Made by a program: the position numbers and the translations under genes. Below the pieces are notes generated by a model. That model made no database searches. It was not told the DNA's origin and saw only the letters and a list, made by a program, of their open reading frames with translations. A stretch of 64,000 nt of DNA, from positions 1 through 64,000 of IMG/VR virus record IMGVR_UViG_3300050506_000187. One strand, 5' to 3'. This stretch comes from a virus. Below are positions 43,304-52,019 of the stretch, piece after piece; position 1 is the stretch's first letter, and each line of letters begins with the position of its first letter.

Positions 43304-44350
43304 ATGGCCGATGATCCCAATACAGATTTCAAAACGGGCGACAACGAGTATAATATTTTTCGGAAGATACTCGCGCGTCTTAACCTCGGCATCACTACAT
43401 CCGGAGGCGGAGGCGGTGGGGGAGGCGGCGGAGCCGTCACCGTTGCCGATGGCGCAGACGTAACTCAAGGCGCGAAAGCGGACGCCGCCGCAACGGATTC
43501 AACTTCCGCGTGGTCGGTCGTCTCTGTTCTGAAGGGAATTTTTGCCAAGCTTGCAGGAACGTTGACGGCTACACTCACGGGCGCACTTCCGGCAGGCACG
43601 AATGTTATCGGACACGTTATCGCCGATTCTGGTTCGACCACGGCGGTAACTGGGAACGTCGCGGTTACAAACGCGGGTTTGACTAATCTCGATGTTGCAC
43701 TTTCGACCCGGCTTAAGCCTGCGGATACTCTCGCCGCTGTTACGGCGGTGACTTCGATCACGAATCCGGTTGCGGTAACGAACGCCGGGCTCACTAATAT
43801 CGACGTAGCGCTTTCGACTCGACTCAAACCGGCGGATACTTTGGCGGCTGTTACTACGGTCGGAACGGTGTCGGCTCTGACAACCGGCAACGTCGGCGGA
43901 TTTACTACGGTCATCAAAGACGCGACTGTCGTATCCACTTCTCCGGCATATTCTGCGGGTGACGCGGTCGGCGCAAAACGAACATTGGCGAACGCCGTCC
44001 GTTCTGCGGGAACTGGTATTCTGCAAACAGTCGCGATTCTCGACAGATCGAACCAAAAAGCGGCTATGACCGTTTTTATTTTCGACGCCGACCCGACTAA
44101 TGCCACAATAACCGACAACGCGGCTTTTGTTTTCAGCACCGACGATCTCAAGGTCATTGCGCAAGTAAACATCGCGGCTTCTGATTACGTGACTACGAAC
44201 AGTAAGGCGTATGCGATTATCTCCGGGTTATCAATTCCGGTCAGGGCCGCAAGTGGAACTAGTTTGTATTGCGCAGTAGTTACGACCGGCACGCCGACGT
44301 TTGCGGCAACAACTGACGTTCAGATTGAAGTCGGAATTCTGCAAGACTAA
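43304..44350 (+). CDS. repeat-containing fibre/decoration-like structural protein
   Basis: 348 aa with a run of 11 Gly and two 37-aa tandem repeats (VAVTNAGLTN(L/I)DVALSTRLKPADTLAAVT...). Confidence 0.6.
   Translation: MADDPNTDFKTGDNEYNIFRKILARLNLGITTSGGGGGGGGGGAVTVADGADVTQGAKADAAATDSTSAWSVVSVLKGIFAKLAGTLTATLTGALPAGTNVIGHVIADSGSTTAVTGNVAVTNAGLTNLDVALSTRLKPADTLAAVTAVTSITNPVAVTNAGLTNIDVALSTRLKPADTLAAVTTVGTVSALTTGNVGGFTTVIKDATVVSTSPAYSAGDAVGAKRTLANAVRSAGTGILQTVAILDRSNQKAAMTVFIFDADPTNATITDNAAFVFSTDDLKVIAQVNIAASDYVTTNSKAYAIISGLSIPVRAASGTSLYCAVVTTGTPTFAATTDVQIEVGILQD
43658..43879. repeat. 111-bp tandem duplication (2 diverged copies) inside CDS 43304..44350
   Basis: Copies begin at 43658 and 43769. 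Confidence 0.8.
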
Positions 44351-45981
44351 TGCCGAATGCCAGTATTAATCGCCGGATTGTAAAGAAGAAATCGATTTCT
44401 TCTGTGGTCCAAAGTTGGCTGGCTCGCATCGTAATTAATGGCGGGACTACACCGTCATCTCAAACGATAACGGCGGTAAATACTTTTTACAACACGATTG
44501 CCGGTCTCGGCATCGCGTCAAAAATATCGGCACTCTGCATTTTCGTTCCGGACAGCCTAACGGCGGGGATTACTCCGCTCATCAAAACAAACGGCAACGA
44601 TCCGTGGACGAATCACAATTTCGTTGCCGCAGATTTGAATGCCTACGGATTGAAAGGCAACGGTTCGAATAAATATTTGCAAACCGGAGTGATACCCAGT
44701 AGCAGCATTTTGTCTGCGACATCTTGCGGTATTACTATCTACGGCGCTACTCCAAGCGGAAAAGCCGATACCGATTTTGGTTCGAGTGACGGCTCCGGAA
44801 ATGCGTTGCAGTTGAGTATTTCAAACTCTGATACGACAATCGGCGATTGTCTCAATACAGGATCACAACGGATTTCCGTCTCCAATCCATATTGGACCGG
44901 ATACTCGTTGCTGACTCGAATCGCAAATAACGATTCCCGGATTTTTCAAGCGAATCCCGTCACCGCGCATGCGCAGCTTGGAAGCACGAATACGGCGACT
45001 GGCGGAAGTTTGCCGACCACGGAGGCATACGCTTTTGCGACGAATGGAAATGGGACTCCGCTTGCCTATTCTCATAAAAGAATTCGGCTACTTGCGATTC
45101 ATCAAGGGCTGTCCTCGACAGAGTCGGCGGCGTTTTACTCCGCGATTGCGACTCTGGATTCGGCTCTGATGGCATCGGCTGCAAATCATGTGCTCGTGAC
45201 GTCTTGGATTTCGCGAGTTATCGCAAACGGCGGGGCGACTCCGTCGAGCACGACTGTAACCGCGTTGAATACATTTTGTAATACGCTTGATTCAAAATAT
45301 ATCTCGCCATTCATTTGTGCGCTCAATCCAATTGTTCCGGATAATCTCATCGCCGCGACGACACCGTTATTTTTTATTCCGTCGAATGGAAATGATCCGT
45401 GGACGAATTCGAATTTCGTATCCGGAGATTTGACTGTCAATGGATTGCTCGGAAACGGAACGACAAAAAAACTTGCGACTGGATTCGTTCCAAGCACAAC
45501 GTTTACCCCGTCTAGCGGGGGAATGAGTATCTACAATGTGACTGCTTCCGGCGGGGGAACGGAACAGGACATGGGAGAAAACAACGATGCAAATAACTGT
45601 ATTCAGTTACACATCGATGTCGCCGGAAATGCAATTTGCGATTGTTATAACGATTCGGGAGCCCGCATTTCCGCCGCGAATAGCGGATGGAAGGGTTACT
45701 TGAACATGAGCAAGACCGCGTCTAACGTGTTCAAGCTTTACAAGGCCAATTCTACTACCGCGCACGCTCAGCTAGGTTCAACCAATACTAATTCCTCCGG
45801 CGCTCCCGGCACAATTGAAATATATTGTTTCGCGCGAAACAACGGTTCCGGCGGAACTTCATTTTCGACCAAACGATTGTCCTTTTCGGCCATTCATTTC
45901 GGCCTGACGAGCCAGCAATCTAGTGATTTTTTCAACGCCGTCCAACAGTTGCGGACTGATTTGGGCGGAGGAAATATATGA
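44350..45981 (+). CDS. fibre/receptor-binding-like protein with internal tandem domain duplication
   Basis: 543 aa comprising two modules of about 270 aa. Each starts SW(L/I)(A/S)R(I/V)..NGG.TPSS.T.TA.NTF and ends ...TAHAQLGSTNT... Confidence 0.6.
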   Translation: MPNASINRRIVKKKSISSVVQSWLARIVINGGTTPSSQTITAVNTFYNTIAGLGIASKISALCIFVPDSLTAGITPLIKTNGNDPWTNHNFVAADLNAYGLKGNGSNKYLQTGVIPSSSILSATSCGITIYGATPSGKADTDFGSSDGSGNALQLSISNSDTTIGDCLNTGSQRISVSNPYWTGYSLLTRIANNDSRIFQANPVTAHAQLGSTNTATGGSLPTTEAYAFATNGNGTPLAYSHKRIRLLAIHQGLSSTESAAFYSAIATLDSALMASAANHVLVTSWISRVIANGGATPSSTTVTALNTFCNTLDSKYISPFICALNPIVPDNLIAATTPLFFIPSNGNDPWTNSNFVSGDLTVNGLLGNGTTKKLATGFVPSTTFTPSSGGMSIYNVTASGGGTEQDMGENNDANNCIQLHIDVAGNAICDCYNDSGARISAANSGWKGYLNMSKTASNVFKLYKANSTTAHAQLGSTNTNSSGAPGTIEIYCFARNNGSGGTSFSTKRLSFSAIHFGLTSQQSSDFFNAVQQLRTDLGGGNI

Positions 45982-46172
45982 TTACGTTAATAACCAACAA
46001 GCCCTTTGTGGGGTATATCGGAGCGACCGTGGGATTTTTCTCCGGTTTGCTGACTATTTTAAAAGTATTAACCCCTATTCTCGGTTTTGCGGGTGCTCTC
46101 TTCGGCGCGGCTGCTGGATTGATTACCATGTTACTGAAATTTCGAGAGTGGAAAGAAAAGAACAGACAATGA
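45978..46172 (+). CDS. 64-aa two-helix membrane protein (holin-like)
   Basis: ATGA overlaps on both sides. Hydrophobic GYIGATVGFFSGLLTIL and ILGFAGALFGAAAGLITMLL, with a charged C-terminus. Confidence 0.45.
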   Translation: MITLITNKPFVGYIGATVGFFSGLLTILKVLTPILGFAGALFGAAAGLITMLLKFREWKEKNRQ

Positions 46173-46738
46173 AAAAATTATTCGCCCTTGTTTCCCTGAT
46201 TGCGCTGACTGGTTGCGCGTATTTTCCGCTTCGGCCCGGTATCGGAACGATTACCGCAAATGGGGCCTATGTCCGGCAATCTCAAAATCCTCAGCAAGCC
46301 AGCACTCAAGAATTTGAAAAAACCACGGAATTTATTCCGACGAATGGCGTCGGTGTTGTTCGGACGCACGAACACGGCAAGACTTATATAGGCGCGGCTC
46401 AGAAGGATACCGCCCGAGAAGTCGGAGCGAAACTCGCTTCTCTGTCGATTGTGGTCTGGGTCGGACTCGCGCTTGCGATTTTCGGCGCGGCCAGTTTTGT
46501 GTATCCTCCGATCAAAATTCTCGTCGGCGGGAGCGTGACTACCAGTGCTGTTTTGACTGCGTCGGGAGTCGCGCTGATTGCGTTGCCGTCACTACTCGTC
46601 GGCCATGAGTTACTAATTCTTTCTGTTGGGCTAGGCGCTGCCGGTCTTTACTGGTTCGCGCACCGGCACGGCGGGCTTGCCGGAGCGTTGGCGGCGGCGA
46701 AAGCGGACCTTGAGAAACTCAATCCTCCGAAGCAATAA
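46169..46738 (+). CDS. lipoprotein with C-terminal transmembrane segments
   Basis: Lipobox MKKLFALVSLIALTGC. Three hydrophobic segments in the C-terminal half. Confidence 0.6.
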   Translation: MKKLFALVSLIALTGCAYFPLRPGIGTITANGAYVRQSQNPQQASTQEFEKTTEFIPTNGVGVVRTHEHGKTYIGAAQKDTAREVGAKLASLSIVVWVGLALAIFGAASFVYPPIKILVGGSVTTSAVLTASGVALIALPSLLVGHELLILSVGLGAAGLYWFAHRHGGLAGALAAAKADLEKLNPPKQ

Positions 46739-46743
46739 TTTTT

Positions 46744-47829
46744 ATGCCCTGCGCCAATTGCGGACACGATCACGATCACAGGAATCCTCTCGATTCCTGT
46801 AGTCGAAGTTTTGACGCTTGTCAAAATCCCTGCGGCGTTGGGCCGAAGAATACGGCCAAGTGTGAATCGCTTCCGTCCCAAATTCAGAATTTCACACTTC
46901 AGTTTTTTGGAACCGTAGTCAAGACGGAAGTCGACGGACTCGTTACGTGGTCGTTGCCCTGTGGGCTAGATGTCGGATTGCCGAACAATCCTCGCGGAAT
47001 CGATGAAGGACTCGCGTGCTATTTTCTCCGGTTATTTCACGATGGAATCGTGGGATTAACCGGACCGCAAGGCGCGCCGGGCGCGAATGGTGCCAACGGA
47101 AATAATGCGTTCACGGTGACTTTGCGCGGGTTTACTCAGCCTACGATTGCTTCGCCTATCGTTCAAGTAGTTACTCAGTTCAACCCCGCGATTATCGCCG
47201 GGATTTATGTGTATATCACGAATTCCGGATGGTATCAAATTTTGGAGACGGATGGAAACGGAACTCTGCTTCTCGCGTTGGTAAAGTCTGCGGATTCTCC
47301 GGCGAATTTTATCGTAGCCGGAAAGCTTGTCGTGCCGTCGGGGTTCCCCGGCGCGAGTATTCAGGGCGGTCCCGGTCCGCAAGGTCCGCAGGGTCCACAG
47401 GGCGGTCCCGGTGAAGACTTCACCAAAACGAACGGTCAATTTTTTACGCAAGTCGGAGTTGATTTTTCACTTCCGATTACCTACACGCAAATCGATTATG
47501 CGAATGCGGCCCCGGCAGTAACGCTGCCCGCCGCCGGAACGTATCTCGTGACGGTTAATGTAGGATTCGCGGGTTCTGGTTCAGTTGCAGTGACGGATGA
47601 AGCCTCATTCAAACTTTTTAATCTTAATCTGAGCGCCGATATTCCGGGATCGGAACAATCTATGACCGGTTTAAGTGCCGCCGGTCAGAAACGAACTATT
47701 GCAATCTCGGTTCAGGTTCAGACCGATGCTCCGAATCAGACGGTTGCTCTTTTTGGCAAGGGTTCCAATGCCAGTGTGTTTACGGCGACGGCTTTGAGAA
47801 CCACGATTACGTATACTCGAATCTCGTGA
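46744..47829 (+). CDS. collagen-like repeat tail fibre protein
   Basis: GLTGPQGAPGANGANGNN and GGPGPQGPQGPQGGPGED G-x-y tracts. Cys/His-rich N-terminus. Confidence 0.65.
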   Translation: MPCANCGHDHDHRNPLDSCSRSFDACQNPCGVGPKNTAKCESLPSQIQNFTLQFFGTVVKTEVDGLVTWSLPCGLDVGLPNNPRGIDEGLACYFLRLFHDGIVGLTGPQGAPGANGANGNNAFTVTLRGFTQPTIASPIVQVVTQFNPAIIAGIYVYITNSGWYQILETDGNGTLLLALVKSADSPANFIVAGKLVVPSGFPGASIQGGPGPQGPQGPQGGPGEDFTKTNGQFFTQVGVDFSLPITYTQIDYANAAPAVTLPAAGTYLVTVNVGFAGSGSVAVTDEASFKLFNLNLSADIPGSEQSMTGLSAAGQKRTIAISVQVQTDAPNQTVALFGKGSNASVFTATALRTTITYTRIS

Positions 47830-48008
47830 GTTGTTCTTCGAACACTGGAAAGGATAATTGCGCGCTCCCGGTAATTCGGGATGAAGCGCATGTTGTCGTC
47901 CACGATTGTAAGACCGAAAAGGGAGGAACAAAAACGGTCGGGGCTCCGGAATATGTATTAGTAGTCCGGAATCCGGAGAATGGGACTGATTTTTTGCCGG
48001 GAAGTTGA
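47826..48008 (+). CDS. hypothetical protein
   Basis: 60-aa ORF with a GTGA overlap to the collagen-like gene. Confidence 0.4.
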   Translation: MSCSSNTGKDNCALPVIRDEAHVVVHDCKTEKGGTKTVGAPEYVLVVRNPENGTDFLPGS

Positions 48009-48014
48009 GAAATG

Positions 48015-48029
48015 CCTGACTATTATAAG
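48015..48029 (+). promoter_or_regulatory. rightward start-proximal motif, instance 6 (CCTGACTATTATAAG)
   Basis: ATG at 48031. Confidence 0.45.
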
Positions 48030-48030
48030 T

Positions 48031-48396
48031 ATGAAAGAACTCGATCTTGAGATAACGGATAAGTATGGACCAATCGGCACGGTTCCAGCTTCGGATTCCG
48101 GCAGTGCAAAATATTATCCTACGCTTCACTTGGAAGGTTCAGAGTTAGACTTTCCGGAGGATGGGACGGTCACTTTCGAGTTTAGCGTTAAGCGCCGGAC
48201 GGAATCAAAAAATTCGGATGGCTCGGAGCGATGCGAATACGATCTTGAGATTCGAAAACTGAAATCGGTTAAAGCTGCCCCCGGCGAGAAAGACGAGCAA
48301 CCGTATAAGCGTGACACCAGCGCAGAGGATGCGCTTGACCGGTTGATGAAGGAAAGAGAAGCCGAAGGTTCTGACGATGAGGGAGATGAATATTGA
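48031..48396 (+). CDS. acidic structural-module protein
   Basis: ATG at 48031 chosen because of the motif; the ORF track starts at 47980. Confidence 0.55.
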   Translation: MKELDLEITDKYGPIGTVPASDSGSAKYYPTLHLEGSELDFPEDGTVTFEFSVKRRTESKNSDGSERCEYDLEIRKLKSVKAAPGEKDEQPYKRDTSAEDALDRLMKEREAEGSDDEGDEY

Positions 48397-48399
48397 TTT

Positions 48400-49401
48400 A
48401 TGTTCAGAGTTGATGACGTATACGATGAGGCGAAAAAAATCATCGGGGTTTGTGATGACGCCAAATTATTCCGATGGCTCGGGGATTCTGTTACGCTCAT
48501 CTCGAATAAGTGCGATTTGGAGGGGTGGAAAGGGTATCTCGATATTTGTTCTCAAGGATGTTCTTGCGCAGACCACACTACTTGCAATAATCCTGCTGGT
48601 TGCGGTCGGCGTTGCATCGCTCTCCCGAGGGAAGTTGAAACGGTCATCGGCGTCAACATTGGAGGGCAACCCGTTCTCGGTCGAGACCAGCTTTTTTCCT
48701 TCCATCTGAACGGCCCCGGCGATTGTCGGACCGCTTGCGAATGGGCATGGAATGATAAGGGAAATTTTCACTGCACCTATCGGGATTTGATTCATCCCGC
48801 AAAACTCGTCGCGTATTTGCAAAACCCCGGAGATTCCGGAAAGGAATTAACCATTCTCGGCTATGACAAAGCCGGAAATGTGTTACGGAGATTTGAAAAT
48901 GGCGTGTGGAAAAACGGATACCGAGTGCCGACAATTTACGGATACGCAATACCCGATGAGGGCGCGCCGGAGATTGCTCGAATTACTGGATTGTATAAAG
49001 AACCGACTATCGGAAGCGTTCGGCTCTCAACAATTGACGATTCCGGATCGACGGGAACGTTGCTATCGATTTTGGAGCCCGACGAAATTTTGCCTCAGTA
49101 TCGTCGGATTCAAGTCAATCGAAGTTGTAACTGGGTCCGAATCGCATATCGGAAAAGTGACCCGACTTTTCATTCTCGGTTTGACCACGTTCCGTTGAAA
49201 TCCCGCGTAGCCTTTTTGTTAGCAGTTCAGGCGCGTAAATCATATAGTGAACTTCAAATGGAAGTGGCGCACGGGTATGAAGCCGACGCGGCTCGACTTG
49301 AGATCGAGGCACAAGAAATTCGGGAGGCTCCGGTCTACATGCCCGTTCAAGTTATCGATCTTTCTAATCCACGTAACAAGTTCGATTACGATATAAGATA
49401 A
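48400..49401 (+). CDS. structural protein (tail/adaptor candidate by position)
   Basis: 333-aa ORF. Confidence 0.6.
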   Translation: MFRVDDVYDEAKKIIGVCDDAKLFRWLGDSVTLISNKCDLEGWKGYLDICSQGCSCADHTTCNNPAGCGRRCIALPREVETVIGVNIGGQPVLGRDQLFSFHLNGPGDCRTACEWAWNDKGNFHCTYRDLIHPAKLVAYLQNPGDSGKELTILGYDKAGNVLRRFENGVWKNGYRVPTIYGYAIPDEGAPEIARITGLYKEPTIGSVRLSTIDDSGSTGTLLSILEPDEILPQYRRIQVNRSCNWVRIAYRKSDPTFHSRFDHVPLKSRVAFLLAVQARKSYSELQMEVAHGYEADAARLEIEAQEIREAPVYMPVQVIDLSNPRNKFDYDIR

Positions 49402-50007
49402 ATGCCTTACGCTGATTCTAAAAAAAGAAAAGCGTATCAGGCCGCATATCGAATACGCAACAAAGAAAAGCTTAGAACCAAAAAGAAAATTTGGGTTAAA
49501 AAGAATTGGAAGACTTTATACGCTAAGATGCGGGAGTATCGCCGATATAACATCGATAAAATTCGATGCATTTCCAGACAGTGGGCAGCGCGTCAGCCGA
49601 AGGAGGTAATGGCTCGAAAGATGAGAATATGGAGAGCCGATAATCTAGAACATGTCCGAAATACTCGAAGAATATGGGAACGTAGAGCATACAAAACTCG
49701 ATTAGAATTTCGGTTAGGAAAAAATTTGCGAGGTAGAATAAAAGATGCTCTAAAACGTAAATATAATAAATTCGGAACCTTGTATGAATTAATCGGATGT
49801 TCAATTCCCGAATTTAAAGAACATATTTCGAAAAAATTTCTTCCGGGCATGACGTGGAAAAATCACGGTCTGTGGCATCTGGATCATATCCTACCGTGCG
49901 CTTTTTTCGACCTGAGCCAGCCGGACCAACAAAGGAAATGTTTTCATTTCTCTAATCAACAGCCGTTGTGGAAACTTGATAACCTTGAGAAGGGGGCAAA
50001 GGTTTAA
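49402..50007 (+). CDS. HNH endonuclease
   Basis: Basic N-terminus. GLWHLDHILPCAFF...NQQPLWKLDNLEKG. Confidence 0.7.
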   Translation: MPYADSKKRKAYQAAYRIRNKEKLRTKKKIWVKKNWKTLYAKMREYRRYNIDKIRCISRQWAARQPKEVMARKMRIWRADNLEHVRNTRRIWERRAYKTRLEFRLGKNLRGRIKDALKRKYNKFGTLYELIGCSIPEFKEHISKKFLPGMTWKNHGLWHLDHILPCAFFDLSQPDQQRKCFHFSNQQPLWKLDNLEKGAKV

Positions 50008-50009
50008 TC

Positions 50010-52019
50010 ATGCCCGGCGCACAACGTTTAATTGATTACGACGGAACGTTCTTTAGGGGGATGAAGTCGGACTCCGACCCCGGTCAACTTCCTCTTGGGT
50101 ATTACTACTCCGGAATAAACACGATCAACCTCGGAGGAACGATTTCTTGCCGACCGGGGTATCGATGCCTCGTCTCTTTCCCTAAAGGCAATCTTCAGGG
50201 TTGCGCAATCTTTCGTCCCCAAGTCGGCCTTGAGCAGGCCATGGTTGCTATCGACGGTGTAATCTACGTTGCGGAATGGCCATTTCTCGAATTCCGAATT
50301 TTGCCGAACGTGCAATTTTCTCCGTATGCGAGGCAAATCTACTGGCAACTCGCGACCCAATCCGCCCGACGAATTACGGACGACTTCGCCTCCGCTATCG
50401 AAGTCATTCCGCCACGCACCGTCATGTTCATGCAGGATGGGGGGTCGACCGCGCCCGCGTGGTATGATGGTTCGCAGTCGGACCACATCCGAGGAAAAGA
50501 ATTTGAAACACCAGTCGGAGGACCGATGCAATGGGTCGGAGATCGCCTCTGGATCGGAGTCGGAAACCAAGTCTTTGCCTCCGACATAGCCAATCCGTTT
50601 AGTTTTCGAGAGCAGAATTATCTCGGTGGTAACACGTCATTTTATTTCTCGGACGATGTGACGGCGATGATAAAGACTCCGAGTATTGAGTCCCCGCAGT
50701 TAATGGTCTGCACAGAATCAAATGCCTCGATATTGCAAGCGAATATCCGAGACCGTGCCGCGTGGACGAATACAGATGGATTTCAAACGGAAATCTTGCA
50801 AATCGGATGCCCATCCAATCGAGGCATCATTTCTCATTACGGGAGAGTAGTGTGGTTTTCTCCGCAAGGGTTAGTATTTTTCGATCCCGCGACGTCTGGA
50901 AAACTGACCACGAGAATGCCGGTCCGGGATAATGAAATGTTGATCAGCAAGGTAAAACTTAGCGAGGACCTGACGGGCGTTGCCCTCGGGGCCTTCGGTC
51001 AATTTCTGCTATCCAGCGTTCCGGCGGAAGACAGCTTTAACAAACATACGTGGGTCCTCAATCACGCCAGTTTGCAAACTCTCGAAGATGATTCCGGTCC
51101 ATCGTGGGCCTCATGGTGGTTAGGCACTCGTCCGGTTGAATGGATGTTCGGCGAAATCGCCGGAACGGAGAGAATTTTTCACGTCAGCGCTGATGAAGAC
51201 GGAATTAATCGTCTTTGGGAAGCTTTCATTCCGAATCGCCTCGACAACGGTTGCCCGATTACATGGGCGGTCGAGACGCGCGGATACTTCGGTCAAACCA
51301 ATCAAGCGAACAAGCCGCCCGGCGCGCGTGTCCGGCTCGCGTGGACTGACATTGCGATGTCAGGCATCGAAGAAAATCTCAATCTCGGAATATTTTATGC
51401 GCCCGGGGCTCGTGGTTCTTATATCCCGATTTTCAACAAATTGATCTCGGTCGAAAAAGGAAGTCTTGCGTTCGATGTTCCGATTGAAGCAACGACTAGT
51501 TTGTTTGCGTTTAAACCACAATCTCGACTTGCGCGAACGGAAGACGCCAATCAGCAAAGCACCGATACTCAGACTGGGTCTTGCGGAATTGAGAGCGCCG
51601 ATAACGATGGAATTGATGAGAGTTTTCAGCTTCTCATCGTTGGTCACGGCCCGGCAACTATTCGATGGATTCGTCCGTTCGCCTTCACTGTGCCGGAAAA
51701 TAATTCAGGTGACGCAGAAGCATGTCAAAATGAAGACCCTTTCAATACAATTCGATTCGACGGGGTTGGCGTTCGAGATACCGATTTACCTGCGGCCACA
51801 ATTGAACTTGCGACCAAGTCCCTTGCGTATTACACCGCGAATAAAACGGCGGTTGTCGAACAAGGAGGGCTATCCGCCGTCGGAGTCGGATTCGCGCAAA
51901 GCGTCGTGTCGCAAGAAGCCGCCGACCGGGTAGCCGGTATCATCGCCGTAAAGCAAGCGGAATCGGAACTTCGCCGGGATTTACCGCCGATTATTTCTGC
52001 CGGTGAGGTGATAGAGTGA
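50010..52019 (+). CDS. large tail structural protein (positional)
   Basis: 669-aa ORF. Confidence 0.6.
   Translation: MPGAQRLIDYDGTFFRGMKSDSDPGQLPLGYYYSGINTINLGGTISCRPGYRCLVSFPKGNLQGCAIFRPQVGLEQAMVAIDGVIYVAEWPFLEFRILPNVQFSPYARQIYWQLATQSARRITDDFASAIEVIPPRTVMFMQDGGSTAPAWYDGSQSDHIRGKEFETPVGGPMQWVGDRLWIGVGNQVFASDIANPFSFREQNYLGGNTSFYFSDDVTAMIKTPSIESPQLMVCTESNASILQANIRDRAAWTNTDGFQTEILQIGCPSNRGIISHYGRVVWFSPQGLVFFDPATSGKLTTRMPVRDNEMLISKVKLSEDLTGVALGAFGQFLLSSVPAEDSFNKHTWVLNHASLQTLEDDSGPSWASWWLGTRPVEWMFGEIAGTERIFHVSADEDGINRLWEAFIPNRLDNGCPITWAVETRGYFGQTNQANKPPGARVRLAWTDIAMSGIEENLNLGIFYAPGARGSYIPIFNKLISVEKGSLAFDVPIEATTSLFAFKPQSRLARTEDANQQSTDTQTGSCGIESADNDGIDESFQLLIVGHGPATIRWIRPFAFTVPENNSGDAEACQNEDPFNTIRFDGVGVRDTDLPAATIELATKSLAYYTANKTAVVEQGGLSAVGVGFAQSVVSQEAADRVAGIIAVKQAESELRRDLPPIISAGEVIE

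Noticed and set aside
43465-44172. 235-aa and 221-aa minus-strand ORFs
   Set aside because: Antisense to the repeat-containing fibre/decoration gene. They are open only because of the Ala/Thr/Val-rich codon bias of that gene.
46051-46060. TGACTATTTT inside the 64-aa membrane ORF
   Set aside because: It lies within coding sequence about 110 nt before the next start, unlike the other copies that abut start codons. It may be a weak internal copy but is not counted.
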